DNA of 64,000 nt. Source: Epithemia pelagica. Its lineage: Eukaryota; Protista; Bacillariophyta. The stretch spans positions 310,001 through 374,000 of the forward strand of contig OX337238.1 in the NCBI GenBank assembly GCA_946965045.2, given 5' to 3'. Of the stretch, positions 1 through 12,228 are shown in pieces (positions within the stretch are counted from its first letter, which is position 1; every line of letters begins with the position of its first letter). The notes beneath the pieces are model-generated. The model was given only the letters and a program-made list of their open reading frames with translations. It ran no database searches and was not told the DNA's origin. Position numbers and translations under genes: made by a program.

Positions 1-270
1 CCACCGCCACGACAAGACACAAGAAAAGGCCCCCACACTGGTGGTACATTGGATTTTGTGCAAGCAGCGTTCCAGACAAGCACAGTTGAAGGTTCCGCCG
101 CAGCTCCGAAATCCTCGCGCGAATCGTCGTCGTTGAACACGCAAGACCCTCGTCCCCAATCGAACACAATGATTTTTTTGCAGGAGAACGACGACACATG
201 GCGACCACCCAAGGATCAAGATGGAAGTGGATATACCAAACTGAATGAAAAGTTTGCGGGACGCTATTAG
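1..270 (+). CDS. SLC4A1AP: 3' end of a kanadaptin-like (SLC4A1AP) gene running in from outside the window
   Basis: Open from base 1 (PPPRQDTRKGPHTGG...). Ends DDTWRPPKDQDGSGYTKLNEKFAGRY*, resembling the kanadaptin C-terminal motif WVPPEGQSGDGRTHLNDKYGY. A near-identical copy lies at about 4670-4972. Confidence 0.65.
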   Translation, partial: PPPRQDTRKGPHTGGTLDFVQAAFQTSTVEGSAAAPKSSRESSSLNTQDPRPQSNTMIFLQENDDTWRPPKDQDGSGYTKLNEKFAGRY

Positions 271-276
271 CAGCTT

Positions 277-825
277 TTGACTCCAACTAGTGCTGAAATT
301 ACACGCCATGATGGATCAATGTCAACACCTGTAACGTTCTGGCTGAAAAGACGTACCATAGAGGATGATCCTGGGGGGACCTTTCATGTCTCAAATCCTC
401 TGGAGAATGCAATCACAAGGGGGATATCATTGTGGTACAGTCAAAAAGTACAGCGAAGAAAAAACCAGCTTCGTCCACCTCTGGTCTGCGTCCACAAACA
501 CGAAACCACAGAGGCAGCCGTGAGCCGACTAGCCTTTCCTTCCAAAACACCAGACTCTGCAAGACAACGAAATCGGCACAACTGTCGTCGTGCAACACGA
601 CTCAGAATGAGTACTGCCACGGCCAAACAAAGAGTCGCGAAGCTGCACAACCCATTACTATATCGAATGTGGATGGCGAGCGACCCTACTGCTGTCACCG
701 CCTCAGGAGAATTCTCGACAAGGGAAAGAACGAAGCAACAACCCATGAACAGAGACCAAAATAGCAGGTTCTGCGTGGCGGAAATTGTTTCTCAAAAAAA
801 AAGAGGGCGCCTTGATAAGGTATAG
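277..825 (+). pseudogene. Degenerate segment repeated in each tandem unit (copies at about 4985-5525 and about 8900-9440); function unknown
   Basis: Shared blocks aaaagacgtacc, cgcctcaggaga..tctcgacaaggga and catgtgtaaaa occur in all three copies, but reading frames differ between copies. Confidence 0.45.
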
Positions 826-961
826 AAGAGCAAGGGCGTCTTGAGCTAGTACCACTTCAGTACTGATACTTTCATTTTTTCATGTGTAAAATAAAACTGT
901 ACCTTGCTATCATTCGAATTATCGTCATCTAGACACTTGGGGTGTTTGATCTTCGAGGATT

Positions 962-1969
962 TTAGCACTGACAGTCACAAATGCGGTTGCCGCCATCGTC
1001 GTCGCAGGTAATTGCCTGGTGAATGAAGCTGAAACTACCGTCAAATTCAAAATCAGGAATCTGCGGTGCAATACTTGCAAGGTCCAGAATGTCTGCTCCA
1101 AAGAAGGACGCGCCGTTTCGACAGAATGTGGAGCTATGGAGTGTCAATTTCTTATTTGTCTGGCTGGGAAGAATAATAACACCTCCGTCCGCGTTGTTCC
1201 TGGCTTCGACATCCACAAAGTGTGCCATGGAAACCTCTCTTAACACAAACCCATTGTCGTTATTGCTTTTCGCAGTGACATTCACAAGAGACAATTTTGA
1301 TAAAAGCATTGTTGGTTCACTCAAGCGCATGCCAGCTCTGCCATTGTTGTCAAAGTTTGAAGAAAGAATGTTGAGGGACGATAAAATATCACCGCTGTCT
1401 GGGTCGAGACAATTAAAGACGGTGTTGACGAAGTTCACAAATGCATCACCGCCATCCATCTTGAGACCATCACCCGAGTTGTTGTTCGAGTTCACATTCT
1501 GTAACATAAATCTGCCCGAGGATTCCAAGAACATTCCAGTTCCGAAACTCGAAATTTCACAGTTTCGTACAATAATATCGTCGCCCAATAGAACAAGACC
1601 AAACCCACCGCCATTCCCAATATCTTCTAGCTTGTGGCCTTTACAGTCCAACGTAATCCGTGATGCGGTAATAATAATTGCACTCTCAGTATCATCCTCA
1701 GTAGAACATATCATATCCTCATTAAGTATAACGAGCGAGTCATCATATTCATTGGCACTGCTCAGCTCAATTCCGCAGTCATCTTGTCCAATGGCTTTGA
1801 CCGTTGTGTCTGTATCGCAGGAACCGGCTGTCTGTTGCACTAGGTTTCGACCCTGTTCTTCGCTTCTTGTCTTGTCACTTTTACTGATGGATCTTTTCAA
1901 AAGTCCATAGGTAGAGGGCAAGGACAGAGCCGCAATAGCAGAGGAGGTAAGGAACTTGTATGTGAGCAT
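962..1969 (-). CDS. Secreted right-handed parallel beta-helix (pectin-lyase-fold / PbH1) protein, copy 1
   Basis: Signal peptide MLTYKFLTSSAIAALSLPSTYG. Motif ITLDCKGHKL and PbH1-like turns IIVRNCEISSFGTGMFL, LQNVNSNNNSGDGL, SSNFDNNGRAGM. Ends ICDCQC. ATG at 1969; the ORF-track start at 2002 is GTG. Confidence 0.8.
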   Translation of the reverse strand: MLTYKFLTSSAIAALSLPSTYGLLKRSISKSDKTRSEEQGRNLVQQTAGSCDTDTTVKAIGQDDCGIELSSANEYDDSLVILNEDMICSTEDDTESAIIITASRITLDCKGHKLEDIGNGGGFGLVLLGDDIIVRNCEISSFGTGMFLESSGRFMLQNVNSNNNSGDGLKMDGGDAFVNFVNTVFNCLDPDSGDILSSLNILSSNFDNNGRAGMRLSEPTMLLSKLSLVNVTAKSNNDNGFVLREVSMAHFVDVEARNNADGGVIILPSQTNKKLTLHSSTFCRNGASFFGADILDLASIAPQIPDFEFDGSFSFIHQAITCDDDGGNRICDCQC

Positions 1970-2224
1970 AGACTTTTCCGTCTGACTGTATTTTGTGACC
2001 ACAACAGAGAACCAAGTTTACACGTAACAAGTTGTTTGCTACGGATATGCGCTGTAATAGGGAGTCGCTTTGTGGGGCGTAACGGGGGGCTTCTGAGCAG
2101 GATTCTTTCTGGTCGCAGATCCAAAACTTTTGCGAGGTCTGTCCGACTCACGGAGGGGGGCTTCAAAAGAAACAACCCGATTCATGAGAGGACTGTCTTT
2201 GGGCCACAACAGTGAATAATGCTC

Positions 2225-2790
2225 ACTTTTTTGCAATCATTACGGCAGTGTTTGGAGTTCAACCATGGAGAGCGATAAAAGCCGTCGATAGATTTTCGAG
2301 TTCCACAACCCGACAGGAGCAAAGAGAAATGAAGGATAGCGAAGTGTCAGGTCACTGTGCGTCTTCCACGAAGATGAAAAGAAACTCGTCGCTTATTTTG
2401 GTCATGTATCGGATGACCGATCCCCATGTAGTCGACCGTGGTAGGAAAAATCAGACCATATCCTTCACCAAGGGCATGAAGCCGACGACCAATCATTGCA
2501 ATTCCATAGGTGCGTCGAGGGTTGATAATTTCTACCGAGGACAATGGTATAGAAATATGCTCCTCACCAACCACCACAAGAAAGCCATCGTGTACCGCAC
2601 TTACCCCACATGTGGATCAAGCTGTCGACAGAGGACACTTTAACGTGGCCCAAAGTTCCGCCTTGTTGTCCGCAGTTGTTGGTGGTTGAATCAAATCCTG
2701 CCGTTGGATCTGCGGAAACTCCCGCGAGTCCCCCCACACGATCTTCCGGTCGTGCCATCTCGCAAGTGAAAAAAGCTGGCTCGCATTTCT
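2225..2790 (-). pseudogene. Kelch-repeat gene remnant
   Basis: Colinear with parts of the intact Kelch gene at 10767-11897 (aaccatggagag, ccatgtagtcgaccgtg, ccaccac) but broken by deletions and stops. Confidence 0.7.
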
Positions 2791-2852
2791 GGGAACTGGA
2801 GTCTTGGAAGGCTTGTATCGAGGTGGTTGATTTACCAGGTGTGGTGGCCACA

Positions 2853-4972
2853 ATGGCGACGACGACAGAGCCAAAGTCCTTTTGCTCTACAAACCTCCCT
2901 TGTGGCCAGCATCTCCCAACACGCTGCGGCTGTGTGGTGACAATCGACAGCAGCCACATAAGGATGAGAATGACAAGGACCAAACAACGACGACAACGGC
3001 CACAACAACGACCACAACGCCCGAATGGAACTTGTTGCAAGTCAAGGAGGGTGTTGTGGTGGCAACCCACCACTTTAGTCATCGTGCGTGTACAGGTTTG
3101 GGACGGACGGCACGAGTCGTGTTCGCGACAGTATGCCCGCACTGTCTTTGATGGCCAAATCGGTACACCCGGATTGTTGGATTTGCAATCAACCCATGGC
3201 ACGACCGTCAATCGACGACCGCTGCCAGCCGCGGCACGACATGCCGAAGTTAACAACGAAAACTATACGACCGTGGGAAGTCGAGGTGTGAAGCTCGATC
3301 CATTTGATGTCTTGCAATTTGGAGCCTCGACGCGCAAGTTTTGTTTGGAAGGACCGGCCGACTATGAACGAGGCACAACCAAGATGAATGCGAAACGACC
3401 AGCAGCACCTGCCCTTGGGCGGACAGGCCACCAATCTCTAGAGAAGGACACCGATCCAAAGGGCAAAACAGAACAACAACAAGACGGAGAGAACAACAAA
3501 AAGGACGATTCAGTCTTGTGGGGAATGGATCGAATGGACGACGAACCATTCCACGAATCCAACCCACCATTCGACTGGCACTCGTGGTTGGAATCCATGA
3601 TGCCATCATCATCTCCACCAAAAGAAGAAGACCAAATTCCCAACCACTGCAAAAAGGAATGGGACACCATTCGAGTCCAATGGCAAAACTCCAACAAGCC
3701 AAATTGGAACACGATCGGTTTCAACGCAAAACGGGACGTGGTTTGTCCCAGGGACAAGAAGACCAATTGCAACGCTTGCAACAACGACAAACCCAATTGC
3801 AAGCGTCGCTGGAGATCAAGGCCCAGAAATTGTACCAATCACTGTATCCAGCGGCCGCCAAATCGCGCAACGGCAGCTACCATGACTATGACGACGACGA
3901 TGAAGTCGAAGATCAAACCAATCGTTGGAATCCATCTTCCACGCAACAATCACAAACCAATCCTTCCTGACGGTTCTGTTGAGACGGAAGATTCGTTAGT
4001 GGCCAAATACAAGCAATTGCAAACGCAACTCCAACAATTGTAGTCCCAAATCCAACGCTGGCAACGAGAATCTGCGGCTGTTCAGCAACAGCACCAACAA
4101 CAAGCAAGTGGTGACTCGAATCATGACGACGACGAAGAAGAGGTATTTTTGTCCACAATCAAGTACAATTGGTACAACAAGAGTTGAACCAGACCCAAAA
4201 CCAACGAAGGATGAAATTCAGGAAACCCTCAAACTTCTATTTTTTGTCGCTCCGCAACGCCATGGCCAATTGTTGCGAGAACAACAACAACAGCAACAAA
4301 AGCCGGAACAGGTACCAGAAACTGTCAAACCAAGCAGCAACGACTCTTTTTCATCCAATACGTGTCCTCCTCCTCCTCCTCCTCCTCCTCCTCCTCCTCC
4401 TCCTCCTCCTCCTCCTCCTCCTCCGCGCGTCCACGAAGACAACAACAACCAGTTGGATTCGGATGGATTCGTGCCTCCAGCCGCCATTTCCAAACCCACG
4501 ACGAGAGCGCCTAGTAGTACTACTACTGCTCCTCCTGCTGTTGCTACTATTGTTGCGGACGAGACTCTTGTACTACCATCAGCAGCAGCAACGGTCACGA
4601 CAACCACCACGCTGCCATATCATCCCCCACCACCCATGAAGCAACGCATCCAACTGGGACCACAAGCACCACCACGACGACAAGACACTAGAAAAGGTCC
4701 CCACACTGGTGGTACATTGGATTTTGTGCAACTTCTCAAGGCTCTACATTGGATTTTGTGCAACTTCTCAAGGCTCTGCCGCAGCTCCGAACCACGTGCC
4801 ATTCGTATCATGGCATGAATCGTCGTCGTTGAAAATGGCTAATGCCCCTCGGCGTCTCCAATCGGACACAAAGATGTCTTTGCCGAACGATGACACATGG
4901 CGACCACCCAAGGATCAAGATGGAAGTGGATATACCGAACTGAATGAAAAGTTTGAGCGACGCTATTATTAG
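2853..4972 (+). pseudogene. SLC4A1AP: Multiply frameshifted kanadaptin-like (SLC4A1AP) FHA-domain gene
   Basis: Pieces in alternating frames: LYKPPLW, WNLLQVKEGVVVATH, FHA core HESCSRQYA..LLDLQSTHGTTVN..LQFGASTRKFCLEGP, coiled coil, DDDDEVEDQT, VETEDSLVAKY, poly-Pro, terminal WRPPKDQDGSGYTELNEKF. A 32-nt tandem duplication lies at 4713-4776. Confidence 0.7.
4366..4425 (+). repeat. (CCT)n microsatellite encoding about 20 prolines
   Basis: Direct reading of the sequence. Confidence 0.95.
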
Positions 4973-5671
4973 CTCGCAGTCACCATGACTCCAACTAGGT
5001 ACTTCTTGAAACTACATGCTAGAGATCATCACCAACACGTGTCCAGTTCTGGCTAAAAAGACGTACCATTCAGGATGATCCTGGGGGACCTTTCATGTCA
5101 ATTCCTCTGGAGAATGTTACCACAAAGGCGATATCAGTGTGGTACAGCCAAAATGTACCCAAAAAGAAAAAAACAGCGTCGTCCACCTCTGGTCAGCGTC
5201 CACAAACACGAAACCACTAAGGCATCCGTGAGCCGACTCGGTTGGCAGAGCCTTTCCTTCCAAAACACCAGACTCTGAAAGACAGCGAAATCGGCACACC
5301 TGTCGTCGTGCAACACGACTGAGAATGAGTATGTTTGCGGCCAACCAGCGAGTCGTGCTATATCGAAAGTGGATAGCGAGCGACCCTACTGCTGTCAACG
5401 CCTCAGGAGAATTCTCGACAAGGGAACGATCGAAGCAACAACCCAACAACAGAGACAGAAATGGTCGGTTCTGCGTGGCGGAAATTCTTTCTCGAAAAAT
5501 AAGAGGGTTCCTTGATAAGGTGTAGAGGAGCAACCGCGTCTAGAGCTAGTAACACTTCAGTACTGGTGTTTTTGAGGAGGTTCATTTTCTCATGTGTAAA
5601 ATAAAAATATACCTTGCTGTCAATCGAATTCTCGTCATCTAGACACTTGGGGTGTTTGATCTTCGAGGATT

Positions 5672-7397
5672 TTAGCACTGACAGTCACAAATGCCGTTGC
5701 CGCCATCGTCGTCGCAGGTAATTGCCTGGTGAATGAAGCGGAAACTACCGTCAAATTCAAAATCAGGAATCTGTCGTGAAACACTTGCAATGTCCTGGAT
5801 GTCTCCTCCAAAGAAGGACGCGCCGTTTTGACAGAATGTGGAGCTATGGAGTGTCAATTTCTTATTTGTCCCGCTGGGAAAAACAAGAAGACCTCCTTCT
5901 GAGTTGTTCCTGGCTTCGACATCCACAAATTTTGCCATGGAAACCTCTCTTAAGACAAACCCCGTGTCGTCATTGTTATTCGCCATGAGACAATTTTGAT
6001 AAAAGCATTGTTGGTTCACTCAAGCGCATGCCAGCTCTACCATTGTTGTCAAAGTTTGAAAAAAAAATTGTAAGAGACGATACAATAGCACTGCTGTCTA
6101 TCTCAAGACCATCACCCGCGTTGTTGTTCGAGTTCACATTCTGCAACATCATTCTGCCCGAGGATTCTAAGAAGATTCCAGTTCCGAAACTCGAAAATTC
6201 ACAGTTTCGTACAAAAATAGTGTCGCCTGATAGAACAAGACCAACCCCATCGCCATTTCCAATATCTTCTAGCTTGTGGCCCTGACAATCCAACGTAATT
6301 CGTGAAGCGGTAATGATAATCGCACTCTCAGTATCATCCACAGTAGAACATATCATATCCTCAGTAAGTATAACGAGCGAGTCATCATAATCATTGGCAC
6401 TGCTCAACTCAATCCCGCAGTCGTCTTGCCCAATGGTTTTGACCCTGTTTCGACACTTACAATCACAAATACCGTTGCCGTCATCCTCGTCGCAGGTAAT
6501 TGCTTGGTGGGTAAAGCTGTCAATCCCTGAAAAATCACTATCACCAAAGCCTTTTGTAAAACTTATAATGTCTTTGGGGGCACCTCCAAAGAACGACGAG
6601 CCGTTTCCACAGAATGTGCAGTCATGCAAAACCAGCTTCGTATTGGGAAGGCCTTCAAAAACAGCAAAACCTTCGTCACCGTTGTTGCTGGCCTCTACAT
6701 CCACCAATTTCGCCGTGGAAGGATCCATTAGCTGAATCCCCTGGCCGTTATTGTTATTCGCAGTGACTTCCGAAAGAAACAATTTTGACAATTGACTGGA
6801 TCGTAATTCGATACCTTCGTCGCCATTATTGTCAAAGTGTGAGGAAAGAATTGTAAGAGACGATGCAATAGTCCCGTCATCCATCTGGAGACCATCACCC
6901 GAGTTGTTGTTCGAGTTCACATTCTGTAACATAATGCTGCCCGAGGCTTCCAAGAATATCCCATTTTCAAAACTTGAAATTTCGCAGTTTTGTACAATAA
7001 TATCGTCGCCCAATAGAACAAGACCAAACCCACTGCCATTCCCAATATCTTCTAGCTTGTGGCCCTGACAATCCAACGTAATTCGTGAAGCGGTAATGAT
7101 AATCGCACTCTCAGTATCATCCACAGTAGAACATATCATATCCTCATTAAGTATGACGAGAGAGTCATCATAACCGTTGGCACTACTCAGCTCAATTCCG
7201 CAGTCATTTTGTCCAATGGCTTTGGCGGTTGTGCCGGTTTCGCAGGATCCGACTGTCTGTTGCACTAGGTTTCGACCTTGTGCGTCGATGCTTGTCTTTG
7301 TAGTTGCACTGATGGATCCTTTCAAAAGTCCATGGGTTGAAGAGAAGGACAGAGCCAAAATACCAGCGACAAGGCTGAGGAACTTGTGTGTGAACAT
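5672..7397 (-). pseudogene. Two-module beta-helix protein gene (copy 2) with a frameshift in the second module
   Basis: Module 1 ends GICDCKC and runs in frame into a second module (RNRVKTIGQDDCG). Relative to copy 1, 11 nt (agtgacattca) are missing between 5983 and 5984; the rest of the module continues in ORF 5672-6019. Confidence 0.75.
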
Positions 7398-7599
7398 GGT
7401 CTTTGTAGACTATTGGTTTTTTGTTTTGGGTCCGATGGTATTATGAGACAGAACGAAGCTGATCTGGAGTTGAAAAGTTGATCCGTAGCGTGTAGCGAGT
7501 CGGTCTGCGTATTATAAGATAGGTTGCGAGTTGCGACTGATCTGGATTGGTCGCACATCCAACACTTGATAAAGGTCTGTCCACCTCCCGGCGTTGGTT

Positions 7600-8330
7600 G
7601 CGGTTGAGAGTTGATGTTTGGGCCACAGCACTTGGTTGCAATCCTTGGTATCAAGTTTGGATTTGAACCATGGAGAGAAATAACAGCCGTCGAAAGGTTG
7701 TCGAGTGCCGGTCCACCAATGAAAGGAATTCCAAAACAAATCTTCTCCTGTTGCCCCACCACCACAACTGGCCTGGAAACGGTAAGGATAATGCGACCTT
7801 GACGCCTTCTTGTCATAGAAAGAAGCCTCCACACAGTATCAGGACACTTTGGTAACAGCAAAGGTAAATGAAGGGTTGGGAGGAGTCAGGTCACTGAACG
7901 TCTTCCAGAAAGATGGGAAGCAACTCGTTGCATTTTGGCCCCCAATCGGATTACCCATTTCCATGCAATCGATCACTTTATGAAGAACTATATCATTTCC
8001 TCCACAAACGACATAAATGGTATTACCAATCAGTGCAATTCCACTGCTGCGTCGAGGACGTTGTTGCTGCTGCTGTGCTGATTGTTTCTACCGAGGATTT
8101 TGGTATGCTCGCCACCAACCACCACAAGAAAGCCATCGTGTACCGTATAGTTTCCGCACATGTGGATCAAGCGGTCAACAGAGGGCACGTTCATGTGTCC
8201 CAAACGTTTCACCTCGTGTTGTTCACAGTACTTGCTTGGTGGTTGAAGGTTGAACATCCCAAATCCTTGTCCATTTGGATCCGCTGAAAATCCCGCGAGT
8301 CCCCCCACACGATCTTCCAGTCGTGCTCAT
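7600..8330 (-). pseudogene. Kelch-repeat gene remnant, second copy
   Basis: Colinear with 10790-11460 and 2225-2790; contains several stops and frameshifts. Confidence 0.7.
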
Positions 8331-9537
8331 TTTCTCATTCTTTAGATCTCTCGCCCGACTCGCGAGTCAAAAGAGGTGACTCACTGTCATTTTTTTGCAA
8401 AGACCGATTCTACGAATGATTCCCACACCATGTTGAGACAACCATGACGACACGAGCAAATGCACCCGCCTCGTAAGCAGCTGATGCTATTTAGGAAGCC
8501 ATCCGCAAGATTTCGGCTTGCAAACTAAAGCAAGCTGTACATGAAAAGCATGGTGGCGATCGACAAGCGTGTGATGAGTGATGATGTCACAACCAAAATG
8601 CAACAACGGAAATTCGTGATTGTTCAAATGGCGTCACTCCAGACCAAAATACGAGGCTCCCCTGCAGCACCGAGCAACCCCTCGTTGCCATTGATCCGTC
8701 CGTGGAAACGCAGGACACTTGTCCAAACTTTGAGGCGATGATTCTGTCGCAGAACGATGACACGAACCCATCACTTATTATACAGATCTAGATGGGAGTG
8801 CCTGTCCCCAAAAGAATGAAAAGTATTCGTGGCGCTACTCGCAGTAAGCTGTCAGGATGGCTGCTAATACCGGGAAATACACGCTATGGATCAGTGCGAA
8901 AACGGCGGAAAAGACGTACCAATATGGATGGTCCCAGGGCATTTCATCTGAATGATGCTGGTGCACGAAGAACTGACTCTAATGTTTGCCATGTGTCCTC
9001 TACCTCTGGTATGGGTGCACTAACAATGCACCACGTAGGCAGCCAGGAGCCCAAACATTTTGTACTGGGAGCCTTTTATTCGGAAACACCCGGCTCCGAT
9101 GGACACGAGTAGGGGCAGACTTATCGTCGTTCAACACAACCGACAATGAGTACTACCGCGACGCACCAGAACTCTCAGCATGTTTTATGCAGCACGTATT
9201 GCGTAGCGGAATGCTCGTTTTCCTGACACTACCAGAGTTGCAGTGAGTGGAACGATTGGAAGTTTCACAACCCTGTACTACCTCGATCGCCATGCCTCAG
9301 GAGACAAAAAACCTTCTCGACAAAGGAACGAACGACGAAACGAAGCAACAACGCAACAACAGACACTTACATGGTCGGTTCTGCCTTGTGGAAGTTATTT
9401 CTCAAAAATAAGAGATGGTATAGAAGAGCAATGGCGTCTAGTGCCACTTCGGCATTGGCGATCTCTAGAAAAAGTGCATGTGTAAAACAAAGAATTTTCA
9501 TCAATTGGATACGTGGGGTATTCGATCTTGAAGTATT

Positions 9538-10476
9538 TTAGCACTGGCAGTCACAAATGCCCTTGCCGTCATCCTTGGAGCACGTGATTGCCTGGTGGGT
9601 GAAGCTGCCGATAAAAGTATTTCCGATGTCGTCATCATTGCCAGAGAACCCGAGCTGGCCATTTCCACAGTACGTGTTGTTGTGTAGAACCAGCTTCATA
9701 CTGGAATCGCCAAAGACAGTTATGCCGTCAAACCCATTATTGCTGGCCTCCACATCCACAAATTTTGCCGTGGAAATGATTGTGCTTCTAAGAAAGAACC
9801 CAAATCTTGCATTGTTATTGGCAGTGACATTCAAAAGAAACAAATTTGATAGAAGATTCGATCCGTCTTCCCAGTCCATGCCCTTGCTGCCATTGTTGTC
9901 AAAGTTTGATGAAAGAATTGTGAGAGACGATAAAATACCCCCTCTCTCATCCATCAGGAGACCATTAATACTGTTGTTGATCGACTGCACATTCTGTAGT
10001 ACAATACTGTTCAAGGACTGCACAAGGAACACAAGGATTCCATCAGAAAAACCGGAAATTTCACAGTTTTGCACAACAATATTGTCGCCCTCTAGAATAA
10101 GACCAAACCCAAACTGACGTCCATTTTCTTCAATTTTGTGACCTTGGCAATCCAACGTAACTCGTGAAGCCGTAATACGAATCGCATGGTCAGAAACCTC
10201 TCGAGTAGGGCATGCCATATCCTCCTTAAGTATAACAAGAGAGTCATCATAACCATTGGCACTGCTCAAGAAAATCCCGCAGTCATCTTGCCCAATGGCT
10301 TTGACCTTTGTGTCGGTATCGCAGGTACTGCCTGTCTGTTGCACAAGGTTCCGACCTTGTCTTTCGATACTTTTCGTCTTGGTATTCGTACTGGATCCTT
10401 TCAAAAGTCCATGGGCTGAAGGCAAGGATAGAACCAGAATAAAAGCAATAGTAGTAAGGAACTGGTGGGTGAACAT
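9538..10476 (-). CDS. Secreted beta-helix protein, copy 3
   Basis: Signal peptide, GRNLVQQT, VTLDCQGHKI, PbH1-like turns, terminal GICDCQC; intact 312 aa. Confidence 0.8.
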   Translation of the reverse strand: MFTHQFLTTIAFILVLSLPSAHGLLKGSSTNTKTKSIERQGRNLVQQTGSTCDTDTKVKAIGQDDCGIFLSSANGYDDSLVILKEDMACPTREVSDHAIRITASRVTLDCQGHKIEENGRQFGFGLILEGDNIVVQNCEISGFSDGILVFLVQSLNSIVLQNVQSINNSINGLLMDERGGILSSLTILSSNFDNNGSKGMDWEDGSNLLSNLFLLNVTANNNARFGFFLRSTIISTAKFVDVEASNNGFDGITVFGDSSMKLVLHNNTYCGNGQLGFSGNDDDIGNTFIGSFTHQAITCSKDDGKGICDCQC

Positions 10477-10766
10477 GGTCTTTGTTGACTATTGATTTTG
10501 TCGTTTGGGTCCACTTGTATTATGAGACAACGAAACTGATCTGGAGTTGTGTCTTCAACAAAAGTGGCCCGTAGCAAGTTTTTGCTTCGCGTAACAAATT
10601 TGCGTTTGCCATCTCTGCGCTCTGCGCTCTGCGCTCTGCGGAGGTTGCGGGGGCTTCTGAGCTGGATTGGTCGTACATCGAACACTTCTTCGACGTCTGT
10701 CCACCTCCCGCCGCGAGTGGCTTCACAGTTCTATATAATGAAACTGACTCTGTGTATGTTCACTGT

Positions 10767-11897
10767 TCACTTATTGGTCACAATCCTTGGCCGCAGTGAT
10801 TGGATTTGAACCATGGAGAGAGATACCAACCGTCGGAAGATTGTCGAGTGCCGGTCCATCAGTGGAAGGAATTCCAAAAAGTCTTCTCCTGCGGCCCCAC
10901 TGCCTCCCACCACCACAATTCCCCTGGAAACAGTAACAATACTACACCCTTGACGCATTCGTGTCAAAAAAGGGAGCCTCCACACAGTATTGTTCTTGGT
11001 ATCCATAACCACAATAGCCCTGTCGCGTCCTCGAGCCACAACCAGACAGGATCCCACTTTGGTAGTCGCAAAGGCACATCCAGGGTTGGGAAGTGTCAGG
11101 TCAAGGTGTGTCTTCCAAGAAGATGGAAAGCAACTTGTTGCATTTTGGCCATGGATCGGACGATTGATATCCATGTAGTCGACCGTGCTACAGAACACAA
11201 AAGCACTGCCTCCCAAAAACCCATTGCATCCTCCAACGACATGGATGCGATTACCAATCGCTGCAATTCCACAGCTGCGTCGAGGATGCGGTAAGGAGGG
11301 TCCCGAAACGACACACGAAACTGGACCTGTTGCTGTTGTGGTGTCAATAATTTCGACCAAGGATACAGGCATTCCCTTGTGCTCCCCACCCACCACCACC
11401 AGAAAACGATCGTGCACAGCCGTTACCGCACAGGCCGAACGAGCCGTCGACAGTCGACACGGTAACGTGGTCCAAGGTTTTTGTGGTTGATCGATTGATG
11501 GTCGTGGAATTAAATCCTCAATGTGGATCCGCTCTATGCTATCCAGTCGCGAGTAGTAATGCTGGGAATGGTTGTATCCACCAATTGCGTACACGCTTCC
11601 GTTGCAAACGACGGCTCCCGGACTACATCGTTCTTCGTTCATTCGCGAACCTTCTTGTCCCACGTTCGTTTCCATGTTCCACAAAATGACCGAGGCCGTT
11701 GTACCATCATCAGGTCGATTGCCGCCAAGAACAACGATGATTTGTTGCACGACAACGGACGCATGGTCAAAACGCGATCCCAACAAGGACGACGGTCTTC
11801 CGCAGGGTCTCCATTGCGGTTCCAGAGTGTTATCCTCGTTTGCAAAAGTGAGTTCGGAGAGATGAGCTTGTTCTTGGATGCTTGATGACCTTGACAT
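10767..11897 (-). CDS. Kelch-repeat protein
   Basis: Repeated IVVLGG/VYAIGG/LVVVGG/IHVVGG motifs with downstream W/Y and E/D (ERCSPGAVVCNGSVYAIGG, SLDSIERI). Probable start MSRSSSIQEQAH at 11897; the ORF is open to 11984. Confidence 0.85.
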   Translation of the reverse strand: MSRSSSIQEQAHLSELTFANEDNTLEPQWRPCGRPSSLLGSRFDHASVVVQQIIVVLGGNRPDDGTTASVILWNMETNVGQEGSRMNEERCSPGAVVCNGSVYAIGGYNHSQHYYSRLDSIERIHIEDLIPRPSIDQPQKPWTTLPCRLSTARSACAVTAVHDRFLVVVGGEHKGMPVSLVEIIDTTTATGPVSCVVSGPSLPHPRRSCGIAAIGNRIHVVGGCNGFLGGSAFVFCSTVDYMDINRPIHGQNATSCFPSSWKTHLDLTLPNPGCAFATTKVGSCLVVARGRDRAIVVMDTKNNTVWRLPFLTRMRQGCSIVTVSRGIVVVGGSGAAGEDFLEFLPLMDRHSTIFRRLVSLSMVQIQSLRPRIVTNK

Positions 11898-12228
11898 TGT
11901 GTGCCGTAGCTTTGGTTTCTTGCGCAGCGAGCTTTCCTTTTTGTCTTTGTTGCCATCGTCATTTTCTTCTGCTCTTCCATACAAGATTCTTCATTCTTCC
12001 CTATCCCGTGACACGTCATCGTCCGCACGGCTGAAACTCTCGCGAGTCCCTCAACAAGATCTTCCGGTCGCGTGTTCCTAAGTAAGGCTTACTCTTGCGA
12101 GTCCTCCCAGTTTCCTCAAATGGAGGTCGCATTTAACGGAATCGGTTCGACAAGTCCCGGAAGGACGTGACTCAGTCCTGAAAAGGCGAATGACGACATT
12201 TCTCAAAAACTACGAAGGGTGGTGAACC

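Noticed and set aside
2610-4043. 477-aa ORF as a single gene
   Set aside because: It is a composite of an antisense Kelch remnant and out-of-frame stretches of the kanadaptin pseudogene; only the FHA part is in the true frame.
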